A DNA stretch of 64,000 nucleotides from Myxococcota bacterium. Its GTDB lineage: Bacteria > Myxococcota_A > Polyangia > Nannocystales > Nannocystaceae. A program made the position numbers and the translations under genes. The stretch covers positions 273,393-337,392 of the forward strand of contig JBCCHT010000004.1 in assembly GCA_039028615.1 (NCBI GenBank), written 5' to 3'. Position 1 is the stretch's first letter. The number at the start of each line of letters is the position of its first letter. The notes under the pieces were generated by a model, which had not been told where the DNA came from, made no database searches, and saw nothing but the letters and a program-made list of their open reading frames with translations. Shown here piece after piece: positions 9,852-22,267 of this stretch.

Positions 9852-10189
9852 GGGCCTTCCTTGATGTAAGCCGCGCCGAGAGTTCCAACTGTTACTCGCA
9901 TCGGCTCGGCGCCGCTGGTGGGAATTTTCCGATACGAAGAGCAACACCATCATTGTGACAGGCGAGCCCGCCAAAGTGCCAACGGAAGTTACGGTACGAA
10001 GGGGTACTCCCCCGTCGGTAGGAAGCCAGTTTCGTGGGCCAGGACCGCTGTTAGGTGGCCCAATTCTCCTCAATTCGGGCTCGTGTACGACATCCCACGA
10101 CCTGAACACGCGCCGAGGGCGGGATTCGCTCACCGCACGCAAGATCGGCACCCCGAGGGGTCGATCGACCGGGGCTCAATACGCCAGTG

Positions 10190-10780
10190 CTACAGCACGC
10201 GTCGCTCGACCAATGCGCGCCGCAATGCGCTGGCATCGGTGAACACGACCGCGTCCATGCCTTCGTCGCGCGCCGCCTCGCAATTGTCTTCGCGATCGTC
10301 GACGAATAGGCACGCGGAGGTCGGCACGCCGAGCTCGGCGGCCACGTGCTGGTAGATCTTCGGGTCGGGCTTGCGCATGCCGACCAGGCACGACACGAAG
10401 CTCCAGCGCAGGTAACGAGACAGCTCGAGCCGCTCTTCGATGAGCTGATACCAGCTCGGGTAATTCGACAGCGCGTGCATGGGCACGCCGTGCGAATAAA
10501 GCTCGTGCAGCAACGACTCGATGCCGGGCAAGAGCCGGTACGACTGGCTCATCTTGCGCTTGAGGCCGACCCCGTCGACGGCTCGACCATCGGCGAAGTA
10601 GCGGCTCAGCATCGTGCGCTCGTCGATGGTGCCGAGCTCGAACTCCACCCAGGTCGACGGGTGCTTGGCCTCGAGCAGCTCGGGCAAGCTCATCCCGAAG
10701 AACTCGGGGATCTCGACGTAGAAGGGGTCGTACGTCAGCGTGCCCAATACGTCGAGCAACAGGACCCGGGGCACCTTCAC
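10190..10780 (-). CDS. HAD family phosphatase
   Basis: LLDVLGTL, LSN, MRKPDPKIY, FVDD motifs; GTG start inferred. Confidence 0.9.
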   Translation of the reverse strand: MKVPRVLLLDVLGTLTYDPFYVEIPEFFGMSLPELLEAKHPSTWVEFELGTIDERTMLSRYFADGRAVDGVGLKRKMSQSYRLLPGIESLLHELYSHGVPMHALSNYPSWYQLIEERLELSRYLRWSFVSCLVGMRKPDPKIYQHVAAELGVPTSACLFVDDREDNCEAARDEGMDAVVFTDASALRRALVERRVL

Positions 10781-10874
10781 CCTCGAACGATAGCAGCCAG
10801 CGACCGCGGTGTCGCGATCGCGGGTGGGGTGCGCGGACCTGCCCCACCCCACGCGCGGCCCCGCGCCGCCTCGA

Positions 10875-12020
10875 CTACAGCAGCTGCGCCTCGGCGTCCT
10901 TCGGATCGCACTCGAGCAAGTCGATGGCGGTCAGCTCCGTGGAGGGCTTCTCGTTTTCGTAGACGAGCAAGCCGAGCGCGTCGTAGTGCGGCCGCACCCG
11001 GTCGGAGAGCAGGTGAATCTTCTTCAGATTGGGGATCAGGCGTCGGAACAGGGTATTCCGAAAACGGCCCATGAAGTGGGAGTTCAGCACCGTTTCGTTC
11101 CATTGCCGCCGCGACATGCTGTGCGCGTAGTACTCGTCGTAGAACTCGTGGGCCAAGAAGCGATTTCGAAGCAGGACTGAAATCTCGTAGGCCCAGTCCT
11201 CGCGATCGCGTCGTTCGCTCTCGGGCAACGCCTCATAGTAGTCGCGCAGCGCCACCACCCCGAAGGTCACGTGCCGCGCCTCGTCGGTGATGACGTACTT
11301 GAGCAGCTCGCGGAGCAGGGGCTCCTTGGTCGACTGGCGCATCGTGCCGAAGGCCCCGAGCGCGAGCCCCTCGATCATGATCTGCATGCCCAGGAACTTG
11401 AGGTCCCAGCGGCCATCGGTCATCAGCGCATCGATGATCGTGTACAGGTTGTCGTTGATCTCGTAGACGCGCCCGAGCTTCTCCTCGAGGTAGCGGTGGA
11501 AGACCTCGACGTGGCGGCCCTCGTCCACGACCTGCGTGGAGCCGTAGAGCTTGCCGTCCATCCAGTGCACCGCCTCGGTGACCTGGCACGCGGCGAACAG
11601 AGCCCCCTGCTCCCCGTGCAGGAACTGCGACAGGAGCCAGGCGGTGAGCGCCGCCCGCTGCTCCTGCTGCCGCCGCTTGGGCAAGGTGCGATAGGCCCGG
11701 ACGTCGATGAGCGGCAGGGTGTGGTCGGGCATGAGATCGAACTCCTCGTTGTGAGGGTCGACCGTCGTGGACCAGTCGAGGGTGGTGTCGGCGTCCCACT
11801 GCGAGCGCTTGGCCGCGGAGTAGAGCTTCTGCAGCTGGGGCCGGGTGCGCTCGTAGTTCCAGTCGAAGTGAGCCTCGTGGGTCGCCCGCATCTGGGCGGT
11901 GTCGCCCTGCTTGCCCCGCTTGAGCAGCAGCCCGCGCACGGCCGGGCCGGCGAGATCGAGAAAGACCCGGGGGTTGCGACTGCGACCCATGGGGCCGAAC
12001 ACGGAGTTCTGGGCGTTCAT
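10875..12020 (-). CDS. Ferritin-like diiron protein (AurF/N-oxygenase-like superfamily)
   Basis: FLHGEQGAL, DEGRH, MIEGLAL, DEARH diiron ligand pattern; ATGA overlap with tetR. Confidence 0.88.
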   Translation of the reverse strand: MNAQNSVFGPMGRSRNPRVFLDLAGPAVRGLLLKRGKQGDTAQMRATHEAHFDWNYERTRPQLQKLYSAAKRSQWDADTTLDWSTTVDPHNEEFDLMPDHTLPLIDVRAYRTLPKRRQQEQRAALTAWLLSQFLHGEQGALFAACQVTEAVHWMDGKLYGSTQVVDEGRHVEVFHRYLEEKLGRVYEINDNLYTIIDALMTDGRWDLKFLGMQIMIEGLALGAFGTMRQSTKEPLLRELLKYVITDEARHVTFGVVALRDYYEALPESERRDREDWAYEISVLLRNRFLAHEFYDEYYAHSMSRRQWNETVLNSHFMGRFRNTLFRRLIPNLKKIHLLSDRVRPHYDALGLLVYENEKPSTELTAIDLLECDPKDAEAQLL

Positions 12021-12646
12021 GACGGGCTCCTGACGGTGGACGTTGAGCAAGGGGGAGGATCGCGAAGCAACAAGCGACGCGCGAGGTCTCGGCTGTGGTC
12101 GACGGCGCCCCACAGGGGTTCGCGCAACGAGCCCGCCGCGGCCCGCAGCAGGGCTCCCGAGCCCACCTGCATCACCGCGGCGCGCACGGGGAGATCGGGC
12201 GGCACCTGGCCGTCGCCGTGGACCTCGATGAAGCGCTCGACGGTGTCGAGCAGGCGCGCGAGCTGACGCAGCAGAATGGGTCGACCGGGGCCGTTTTCGT
12301 CGAGCAGCTCGCGCAGCACGATGCGGGCGAGCTGGGGCTCGGCGTCGAGGAACTCGACGTAGCGAGCGACCGTGCGATCGATGCGCTGCACGAAGTCACC
12401 GTCGGCGCCCATCGTCTCGGTCAGGGCGACGCTCAGGCGTTCGAAGCAGCGCTCGACCGTGCGCTCGTACAGCGCCTCCTTGCTGCCGAAGTGATAGAGC
12501 AGCGAGGGGCGACGAATGCCGGCCCGGTTGGCGATGTCGGCGAGCTTGGCCGCCCCGTAGCCCACGGTGGCGAACGCCAGCTCGGCAGCCACCAGGACCC
12601 GCTCGGGGGTCGCGATGGGGTTAGCGCTCGCAGGAGGGCGGCCCAT
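12017..12646 (-). CDS. TetR/AcrR family regulator
   Basis: AKLADIANRAGIRRPSLLYHFGSKEALY helix-turn-helix. Confidence 0.93.
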   Translation of the reverse strand: MGRPPASANPIATPERVLVAAELAFATVGYGAAKLADIANRAGIRRPSLLYHFGSKEALYERTVERCFERLSVALTETMGADGDFVQRIDRTVARYVEFLDAEPQLARIVLRELLDENGPGRPILLRQLARLLDTVERFIEVHGDGQVPPDLPVRAAVMQVGSGALLRAAAGSLREPLWGAVDHSRDLARRLLLRDPPPCSTSTVRSPS

Positions 12647-12662
12647 GATGAATTACAGACTT

Positions 12663-12710
12663 ATCGACTCACGAGTAGATTGCAAGGATTTTATCGACTC
12701 GTGAGTCGAT
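12663..12710. promoter_or_regulatory. Two 18-bp palindromic operators 30 bp apart
   Basis: ATCGACTCACGAGTAGAT (12663-12680) and ATCGACTCGTGAGTCGAT (12693-12710), with TTGCAA (12680-12685) between them. Confidence 0.8.
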
Positions 12711-12742
12711 TACTGTCGGAACCGTGTCATGGTGAGCAGAAC

Positions 12743-13180
12743 GTGCGTCGCTGGATTCGCAAGCTGATGGCGCTCAACGGCAGCCCGCGGGGAATCGCGG
12801 GCGGCTTTGCGTTGGGCCTATCGCTGTCGCTGGTGCCGATCCCGGTGGCGGGCATGCTGGTCTCGCTCGCCCTCGCCCCCCGCCTGCGCTGCAACCTGCC
12901 CGCGACCTACCTCGGCACGGCGGTGGTCAACCCGATCACCGGTCCTTTCATCTACTTCAGCAAGCTGTGGCTCGGCCTCGCCCTGCTCGGCCGCGAGCTG
13001 CCCACGTGGAGCCTCATGCGGAGCCTCGACGCCGCGGGCTGGTGGCAGGTGCTCACCGACGCGCTGCTGCCCTTCGGGCTCGGGGCGCTCGTGGTCGCGT
13101 CGGTGTCCTTCGCCCTGAGCTTCCCGTTGCTGTCGTGGCTCGTCCGGCGTTGGCAGGCCCGAGCATCCGCGGCGGACTGA
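12743..13180 (+). CDS. DUF2062-like membrane protein
   Basis: SPRGIAGGFALG...P...NLPA...VVNPIT pattern; start uncertain (12701 also possible). Confidence 0.8.
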   Translation: MRRWIRKLMALNGSPRGIAGGFALGLSLSLVPIPVAGMLVSLALAPRLRCNLPATYLGTAVVNPITGPFIYFSKLWLGLALLGRELPTWSLMRSLDAAGWWQVLTDALLPFGLGALVVASVSFALSFPLLSWLVRRWQARASAAD

Positions 13181-13194
13181 AGTGCGAGCACGAA

Positions 13195-13229
13195 GAAGGC
13201 GCGACCCCCATGCGGGATGTCGCGCCTTC
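13195..13229. terminator. Hairpin between convergent genes
   Basis: GAAGGCGCGAC...GTCGCGCCTTC inverted repeat. Confidence 0.7.
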
Positions 13230-13265
13230 GAGGCCCCGATGATTCAGGGCCGGGGTCGTCGCTGG

Positions 13266-14615
13266 TTACCAGCGGCGACGCATGGCACCGAGGCCCATGA
13301 GGCCGAGCAGCATCAGCGCCGGAGCGGCGGGGGTGCTGTCGCCCGTGGTGCAGGCGCAGCCGCCAGTGTCGTCGCCGTCGTCGCCCGCGGGGGTGGTGTC
13401 GCCGCCCTCGCTCGCGTCGGTGGCACCCTCGGAGAGCACGCCGCCGCCTTCGCCGGCCGTCTCGTCGCCGCCCTCGCCCGCGGTCTCGTCACCCGCGGTC
13501 TCGTCACCGCCACCGCTGCCCTCGATGGTGACGTTGATGCTCACCATCTCGGACACGTTGCCGTGGTAGTCCGAGGCCTCGAGGGTGATGGCGTAGGCGC
13601 CCGCGGGCAGACCACCGAGGGTCACGATCCAGTCGCTCTCGGTCGCCTTGAGGGGCGCGGCGTCTTCCCAGTTCACGTTGCAGACGTCGTTGGTGCACTG
13701 CGAGATGGTCCCGTCGGGGAACATGTCGCTGACGATGGCGTCGGACTGGATGATCCAGCGCAGGCCCACGACGGGGTCGGAGTCGGCCACGTCGACGTCG
13801 AGCACCAGGTCGTCGCCCTCCATGAGGATCGCGCCGTCCTCGGGGACGATGTTGGTCAGCTCGGGGGGATCGGTGTCCTCGACCACGTCGCCGTAGAACT
13901 CGACCATGTCGAGGTGGCTGTTCTGGCCGGGGTCACCGTTGGTGCCGTCGGGGCACTCGACGTGGTCGACGCTGGTGCACTCGAGCGGGAGCTCGATCTG
14001 CATGTCGCGGTCGTTGAAGCCGAACTGGTTGAGGCGGTCCGAGCACGAGTCCTGGAAGCCCATGGGCAGGGTCGTGTAGTCGGGCGGGTAGTTCATCCAG
14101 TCCTCGGGGTTGTCGATACCCTCGAGGCCGGAGTTCCGACCGAACGCGTACAGGGCCGCGTGAAGAACGTCGGGGTCGGTGCAGTTGTCGGTCGAGCCGG
14201 AGGTCGACACGATGTCGTTGCGACCACGCGCGGCGCAGTTGATGCCACCGAAGGCGCAGGTGAAGCTGCGGATGCCCGCCGACTTGGGGTCGAGGGGCTC
14301 GTCACCCGGGAGCAGCATCGTGTACGAGATGTACTCGGGGGGACGGGTGTTGGTGACGTGGACGTCGTACGCGGCCAGGGCATCGGCCATCCCCGTGGTG
14401 AGGTCGGCAGCGCCAGCGAAGGGAGGCTCTTCGACCTCCATCGAGGCACCACCACAACCGGTGGCCGAGTTCACGCCGCTGCCACACGGGGCCACGCCGG
14501 TCGGACGCAGGGTCACGGGATCGGTGGGGATGTAGAGGACGCCGGGCTCAGCCGAAGCCGTCGAGGGGGCAAGGACGGCCGCGAGGGCACAGGTGGTCAA
14601 GAAAATCCGCTTCAT
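13266..14615 (-). CDS. Secreted MYXO-CTERM protein with degenerate metzincin-like and Ig-like domains
   Basis: Signal peptide MKRIFL...ASA; C-terminus GGCAC...LLGLMGLGAMRRRW; GDETA repeats. Confidence 0.85.
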   Translation of the reverse strand: MKRIFLTTCALAAVLAPSTASAEPGVLYIPTDPVTLRPTGVAPCGSGVNSATGCGGASMEVEEPPFAGAADLTTGMADALAAYDVHVTNTRPPEYISYTMLLPGDEPLDPKSAGIRSFTCAFGGINCAARGRNDIVSTSGSTDNCTDPDVLHAALYAFGRNSGLEGIDNPEDWMNYPPDYTTLPMGFQDSCSDRLNQFGFNDRDMQIELPLECTSVDHVECPDGTNGDPGQNSHLDMVEFYGDVVEDTDPPELTNIVPEDGAILMEGDDLVLDVDVADSDPVVGLRWIIQSDAIVSDMFPDGTISQCTNDVCNVNWEDAAPLKATESDWIVTLGGLPAGAYAITLEASDYHGNVSEMVSINVTIEGSGGGDETAGDETAGEGGDETAGEGGGVLSEGATDASEGGDTTPAGDDGDDTGGCACTTGDSTPAAPALMLLGLMGLGAMRRRW

Positions 14616-14865
14616 GGTCACGTTCTCCAGGTAACGAGAATCTCCGGGACGTTTGCCCGCGGCCGACTTGATGTCAACCCGACAAGGCTTCCCCAGGCCG
14701 TGACCCAACGGCGATCGAAGACGTCCCTTGCGTCTGATTGCCGTGTGTTGGCTCAACCGTTCCGCATCGTGCCGCGTTGCCTCCAGGTCGTCAGTCGACG
14801 GCGTGGAGCCAAGGACGTCGTTCTCCGTTTTCGTCCGATCGAAACCGAACTGGAGCGAGCGATTT

Positions 14866-15927
14866 TTAGTTGGCCTGGCACACCGCGGGGATCGCCAGCC
14901 GAGGTCCGGCTTCGACCTGCAGCTCGCTCAGCCCGAAGAACAGCTCGCCATCGATCACCGGATCGAGTGCATCCCCTGGGTACGCGACCGCGCGGAGGTG
15001 CCGGGCCGGCCCGTCGTAGACCTTGTCTCCCCAGATCGGGGTCCCCAGCACGATATTCGGCAGGTTCGCGGTCACGCCCCAGCGCGACATGCTGATCGCC
15101 TGCGCGTGCATGATCCCGGGCGCGGCGGCGTGACGGAAGGTTCGCACCACCCCGCCGAGGTTGATGTCGATGGAGCCGACCTGGAGCGAAGCGAAGTCGT
15201 CGTAGGCGAGCGGCTGACCGTCGAGCTCGACCCGCGCCCGCGTGGGCTCGAACAGCTCGTCGGCGAAACGGAGCAGAGGCTCGGGCACGAAGTCTCGCAG
15301 CAACTTCGGCGCAGTGCCGGCCACCGCTCCCGCGAACGAGTTGCCCAACACGGTGACGATCGCCTTCGCGTCGATGACTTTGTGTTGGTACAGCTTCTCG
15401 AAGAAACGCTGGGCGACCCCACCGATCGCGCTGGCGAAGCCCAGCCGTTCGAAGCTCTGATCGCCGCTCGGTTTCGGGTCGCGGTATTGGCCGCGCATGC
15501 GGAAGGTATCGAGCTCGACCGCTCGCGGGACCTCGCCGCGTTCGAAGCACTCGACCAGCTGTCCGAGCACCTGGGTGGCCTGGCCGCGGATGCCCGCCTT
15601 GTGGGCCACGAAGTCGATGCTGCCGCCGTTGGCGGGCGCGATGCGGGGCAGCACCGGGCTCATGCCGCTGCGGGCTCGCTCGCGCGCCACCTCCCAGCCC
15701 ACGCTGAGCATCCAGTGCAGGGTGCCGTCGCCACCGTCGCTCACCCAATAGTCACAGCCCGCGTCGTAGAACTCCTGCAGCACGGTGCGGAGTTCGTCGA
15801 GATCCTGGGTCTGCCGGACGAGACCATGCCGACCGACGGCACGCTCCAGCTCGAGCTTCCGATCGCCTCCCCGCCTCCGGTTTTTGCCGGAATTCGGGTT
15901 CGTGACCACTCCAATCAGGCTCGACAT
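14866..15927 (-). CDS. Diacylglycerol kinase-like family protein
   Basis: NPNSG, GGDGT, NGGSIDFVA and VIDGE motifs. Confidence 0.85.
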   Translation of the reverse strand: MSSLIGVVTNPNSGKNRRRGGDRKLELERAVGRHGLVRQTQDLDELRTVLQEFYDAGCDYWVSDGGDGTLHWMLSVGWEVARERARSGMSPVLPRIAPANGGSIDFVAHKAGIRGQATQVLGQLVECFERGEVPRAVELDTFRMRGQYRDPKPSGDQSFERLGFASAIGGVAQRFFEKLYQHKVIDAKAIVTVLGNSFAGAVAGTAPKLLRDFVPEPLLRFADELFEPTRARVELDGQPLAYDDFASLQVGSIDINLGGVVRTFRHAAAPGIMHAQAISMSRWGVTANLPNIVLGTPIWGDKVYDGPARHLRAVAYPGDALDPVIDGELFFGLSELQVEAGPRLAIPAVCQAN

Positions 15928-16236
15928 GGGTGGCGGCGGTGTACCACGTCACACTGATGCGTCACGGTTACGCCTACAGTGCGCACCTACTTGCACACCC
16001 GGCGCGGCCGGAGGTTCGGGAGCGACGGGGGCGGGAATCGGGCGTTCGGCGCCAAACTGCGCAGCGGAGCACGCACCTGGGCCCCACGAGCGTCCAAGCG
16101 CACCGACCCGCGCGCGCGTGGTGCGACCGAGCGGTAGACGCCGATCTCGCGGGTGAAGCGCAGCGCGGAGAAGCGCACCCAGCCGCCCAGCCTCTTTTTG
16201 CCCGAGTTCCGTTAGGCTGCGCGCCGCGAGCCCGGC

Positions 16237-17253
16237 ATGCGCTTCCATAACGTTTCGATCGGCAGCGTCGTGCATGTCGACCCGCCGCAGCGGGTGACGT
16301 CGGCCGAGATCGAGGATCGACTGGCGCCGACGATGAAGCGTCTGCGGGTGCCCTCGGGTTTGCTCGAAGGACTGAGCGGAATCGTGGCACGCCGCATGTG
16401 GCCGGCCGGGACCTCGCCGTCGGACGCGGCCACCATCGCCGCCAAGCGGGCCATCGCGGCCGCGGGCATCGACCGCCGCAAGCTGGGCATCCTGATCAAC
16501 ACCTCGGTGTGCCGCGACTACGTCGAGCCTTCGACCGCCAGCATCGTGCACGGCAAGCTCGGGCTCCGCTCCGACTGCCTGAACTTCGACATCGGCAACG
16601 CGTGCCTCGGCTTCCTCAGCGGCATGGAGGTCATCGCCACCATGATCGAGCAGGGGCACCTCGACTACGGCATCGTGGTCGCAGGCGAGGACAGCCGCTT
16701 CATCGTCGATCAGACCATCGCGCGCCTGAGCCAGCCGGGGGCCGACCACGCCGCGTTCTGGGGCAGCTTCGCCACCCTGACCCTGGGCTCGGCCGGCGTG
16801 GCGATGGTGCTGACCCGCCGCGACCTCGCCCCGCAGGGACCACGGTTCTTGGGCGGGGTCACGGTGGCCGCCAGCGAGCACCGCGACCTGTGCAAGGGGC
16901 ACGTCGACCGCATGGAGACGGACTCGACCAAGCTCCTGACCATGGGCCTGAAGGTCGCGCGACAGGCCTTCACCGCCGCCCAGCGCGAGCTGGGGTGGTC
17001 GCCGGGCGTGCTCGACGAGTACGTGATCCATCAGGTCAGCAAGGCGCATACCGACAAGTTCCGGGCGACCTTCGAGATCGACCCCCAAAAGCTCCTGGCG
17101 ACCTATCCCGAATACGGCAACGTGGGCCCGGCCGGGATCCCCATGGTGCTCTCCAAGGCCGCACAGGCGGGCCGCCTCACCCGAGGCGATCGCGTGGCCT
17201 TGATGGGCATCGGCTCCGGCCTCAACTGCGCCATGGCTGAAGTGGTTTGGTGA
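16237..17253 (+). CDS. oleA: OleA thiolase-family condensing enzyme
   Basis: SVCRDYVEPSTA (Glu), NACLGF (Cys), HQVS, GNVGPA, GIGSGLNC; cluster context. Confidence 0.93.
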   Translation: MRFHNVSIGSVVHVDPPQRVTSAEIEDRLAPTMKRLRVPSGLLEGLSGIVARRMWPAGTSPSDAATIAAKRAIAAAGIDRRKLGILINTSVCRDYVEPSTASIVHGKLGLRSDCLNFDIGNACLGFLSGMEVIATMIEQGHLDYGIVVAGEDSRFIVDQTIARLSQPGADHAAFWGSFATLTLGSAGVAMVLTRRDLAPQGPRFLGGVTVAASEHRDLCKGHVDRMETDSTKLLTMGLKVARQAFTAAQRELGWSPGVLDEYVIHQVSKAHTDKFRATFEIDPQKLLATYPEYGNVGPAGIPMVLSKAAQAGRLTRGDRVALMGIGSGLNCAMAEVVW

Positions 17254-17255
17254 CC

Positions 17256-18142
17256 ATGCAGGTATCGAAACAGCTCTATCCCTTCGCCGAGCACTGGTTC
17301 GAGCTCGAACCGGGTGTCCGCATGCACTACGTCGACGAGGGGCCGGCAGACGCCCCCGTCGTGCTCATGCTGCACGGCAACCCGACCTGGTCCTTCTACT
17401 GGCGGCGGCTCATCAAGGCGCTGTCGCCCACCCACCGGGTCATCGCTCCCGACCACATCGGCTGCGGCAAGTCCGACAAGCCCGACGACGCGCGCTACCC
17501 CTATCGGCTCGACCGGCGCATCAGCGACATCGAGCGGCTGGTGGAGGAGCTCGGGCTCCGCGACGTCACTCTGATGGTGCACGACTGGGGCGGGATGATC
17601 GGCATGGGCTGGGCCCACCGCCACCCCGAGCTGGTGTCGCGCCTGGTGCTGCTCAACACCGCCGCCTTCGGGCTGCCCGACACCAAGCGCATGCCCGCGA
17701 GCCTCTGGCTGGCCCGCAACACCAAGGTCGGCTCGGTGCTCGTGCGCGGCTTCAATGCCTTCTCGCGCGGCGCCACCCGGCTATGCGTCACGCGGCGACC
17801 GCTGACCACCGAGGTCCGCAACGCGCTGTGTGCCCCCTACGACAGCTGGAACAACCGCCGCGCCGTCCTGCGCTTCGTGCAGGACATCCCGCTGACCAAG
17901 AGCGACCCCAGCTTCGCCATCCTCACCGAGGTCAGCAACGAGCTGTCGCAATTCGACGATCGCCCCACCATGATCTGCTGGGGTGACCGCGACTTCGTGT
18001 TCGACCACCACTTCCTGCGCGTGTGGGAGGACAAGCTGCCCAGCGCCGACGTGCACCGGTTCCCCGACTGTGGGCACTACGTGCTCGAGGACGCGGGGGA
18101 AGAGATCGAGCAGCTCGTGCGAGAGTTTCTGGGAGTCGCGGC

Positions 18143-18146
<4 letters not shown>
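17256..18146 (+). CDS. oleB: OleB beta-lactone decarboxylase (haloalkane dehalogenase-like alpha/beta hydrolase)
   Basis: HGNPTWSFY, VHDWGGMIG, GHYVLED motifs. Confidence 0.92.
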
Positions 18147-19816
<1,670 letters not shown>

Positions 19817-20809
19817 ATGACCATCCTCGTTACCGGTGCCGGAGGCTTCCTCGGTCGCTCCATCACTCGCGCCCTGCTGGACCGAGGGCTGTCCGTGCGC
19901 AGCTTCTGTCGCGGCGACTACCCCTGGATGAGCGAAGCAGGCGTCGAGATCGTCCGCGGTGACGTCGGGGATGCCGAGGCGGTCTCCAAGGCGGTGGAGG
20001 GCTGCGAGGCCGTGTTCCACACCGCGGCGCGTATCGACATCTGGGGGCCCTACGACGACTTCTTCCGCACCAACACCCTGGGCACGCGCCACGTCATCGA
20101 GGCCTGCCAGACCCATGGTGTCGGCAAGCTCGTGTACACCAGCACGCCGAGCGTGGTGCACGGCGGGGACGCGGTCAGCGGCGTCGACGAGTCGGCGCCC
20201 TACCCCGATCACTTCGAGGCGCACTACCCCGCGACCAAGGCCATCGCCGAGCGCGAGGTCCTGGCGGCGAACTCCGACACGCTGGCCACGGTGGCGATTC
20301 GGCCCCACCTGGTCTGGGGGCCCGGCGACACCTCGATGATGCCGCGGGTCATCGCCAAGGCGCGGACGGGGCGGGTGCGCAACATCGGCGAGCCGCAGAA
20401 GATCGACACCGTGTACATCGACAATGCCGTCGATGCTCACCTCGCCGCCTACGACCGGCTCGAGCCCGGCTCGGCCGCGGCCGGCAAGGCCTACTTCATC
20501 ACCCAGGGCGAGCCCATGCCCGGGCCCGCGTTCCTCGACGATCTGCTGGGCGCGGCCGGCCTGCCTCCGGTCAGCAAGAGCATCTCCGTGGGCAAGGCCC
20601 GGGCGGCGGCGACGGTCATCGAGTGGATCTGGCGGACCTTCGGGATCGAGCGAGAGCCCCCGGTCACCCGCTTCGTGGTCAGTCAGCTGAGCACCGCCCA
20701 CTGGTACGACATCTCGGCCGCACGACGGGACCTCGGCTACGACCCCCGCGTGTCCTATGCCGAGGGCATGGAAAGGCTGCGGGCGTGGGTTCGCGAGCAC
20801 CCCATGTAG
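19817..20809 (+). CDS. oleD: OleD 2-alkyl-3-oxoalkanoate reductase (SDR/3-beta-HSD)
   Basis: GAGGFLG, YTSTPSVV, YPATK, RPHLVWGPGD motifs. Confidence 0.92.
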   Translation: MTILVTGAGGFLGRSITRALLDRGLSVRSFCRGDYPWMSEAGVEIVRGDVGDAEAVSKAVEGCEAVFHTAARIDIWGPYDDFFRTNTLGTRHVIEACQTHGVGKLVYTSTPSVVHGGDAVSGVDESAPYPDHFEAHYPATKAIAEREVLAANSDTLATVAIRPHLVWGPGDTSMMPRVIAKARTGRVRNIGEPQKIDTVYIDNAVDAHLAAYDRLEPGSAAAGKAYFITQGEPMPGPAFLDDLLGAAGLPPVSKSISVGKARAAATVIEWIWRTFGIEREPPVTRFVVSQLSTAHWYDISAARRDLGYDPRVSYAEGMERLRAWVREHPM

Positions 20810-21993
20810 GCACGGACGAGGCCGAGACGCTCGAGGTCGACCTCGACGCGTTCGCCCGCGATCTCGACGCGCTGCGCCGCGAGCTGAACGCCGAGGTCGG
20901 ACCCGAGGACCTGCGGCACCTCACCAAGATCGAGCGCATCGGTCGGGCCTGCGCCGCGCTCGGCTACGCCACCGCCTGGATCGCCCCCAACCCGCTGTCC
21001 ATCTTCGCCATGTCCACCGCCCGGTTCCTGCGGTGGGCCGCCGTCGGCCATCACGTGTGCCATCGCGGCTACGACCGCATCGACGGGGTGGCCCCCGCCC
21101 GAAAGGGCTCCGTCTTTGCCCGCGGCTGGCGACGCGTCCTCGATTGGCTCGACTGGATGCACCCGGATGCATGGCACGAGGAACACAACATCCAGCATCA
21201 CTACCGACTCAACGAAGGGGCCGACCCCGACCTCGTCCAGCGCAACCTGGCGTGGCTGCGGGAGTCCAGGCTCCCCCGGTGGTTGCGACTCGCGGTCGTG
21301 CCGCTCATGGCGATGAGCTGGAAGTTCGTCTACTACGCGCCCAGCACCCTCGAGGCCCTCGAGCGCGCCGAACGACGCCGGGCGGGCGACGCCACCGTCG
21401 ATGCGGGCCGCGAGCTCGAGGAGCGCTGGTCGCAGGGCGGCCTGCGCAGCTTCATCCCGCGTGTCACCGCTCGGCTATGGCTGCGCAGCTGGGGGCCCTA
21501 CCTGCTGCTCTACTTCGTGCTCCTGCCCCTGCTGTTCCTGCCGCTGGGGGCCTGGGCAGCCATGAGCGTGCTGCTCAACTCCCTGCTCGCAGAGCTGGTG
21601 ACCAACGTGCACGCGTTCGTGACCATCGTGCCCAACCACGCGGGCAAGGACCTCTACCGCTTCTCCACCCCGACCCGCCGCCGGGCCGAGTTCTATCTGC
21701 GCCAGGTGATCGGGAGCGCCAACTTCAACTCGGGCGGCGACCTGCGCGATCTGATGCACGGGTGGCTCAACTATCAGATCGAGCACCACCTGTGGCCCGA
21801 CATGTCGATGCTCCAGTACCGGCGAGCGCAGCCTCGCGTACGGGAGATCTGCGAGCGACACGGCGTGCCCTACGTACGGGAGTCGGTGTGGCTGCGATGC
21901 TGGCGGGCGGTGGAGATCATCGTCGGCGACGCGTCGATGCCCCTGCTGGAAGTGGTGGACCGGAGATCAAAAAGGGTCGACCAGGCGAGCTGA
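20785..21993 (+). CDS. Membrane fatty acid desaturase
   Basis: His boxes HHVCH, HEEHNIQHH, QIEHH; start uncertain (GTG 20785). Confidence 0.9.
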   Translation: MGSRAPHVGTDEAETLEVDLDAFARDLDALRRELNAEVGPEDLRHLTKIERIGRACAALGYATAWIAPNPLSIFAMSTARFLRWAAVGHHVCHRGYDRIDGVAPARKGSVFARGWRRVLDWLDWMHPDAWHEEHNIQHHYRLNEGADPDLVQRNLAWLRESRLPRWLRLAVVPLMAMSWKFVYYAPSTLEALERAERRRAGDATVDAGRELEERWSQGGLRSFIPRVTARLWLRSWGPYLLLYFVLLPLLFLPLGAWAAMSVLLNSLLAELVTNVHAFVTIVPNHAGKDLYRFSTPTRRRAEFYLRQVIGSANFNSGGDLRDLMHGWLNYQIEHHLWPDMSMLQYRRAQPRVREICERHGVPYVRESVWLRCWRAVEIIVGDASMPLLEVVDRRSKRVDQAS

Positions 21994-22267
21994 CGCTCAC
22001 CCGATCGACCCCGCGTTCCCCCCAAGACTTCGAGGCTCGCCCCCGGTCCCCTTTCGTGGGCGAGCTTCTCGCCCCCTCGTGATTGGTCGGTGTCCCTCCG
22101 AGCGTGGTTCGGAGCGACCTCTCGACAACGTAGGTCCGCAAGGCCGCTTTCGGATTGCTCTGCGGCCGGATTTTTCGCGTCACCGAGGTCGGTCATGACC
22201 AAACGATGACGGTTCCATCACGGAGCGATGACCTCCAAACAGGGTTCCGATCGTCCAATGGGGCACG

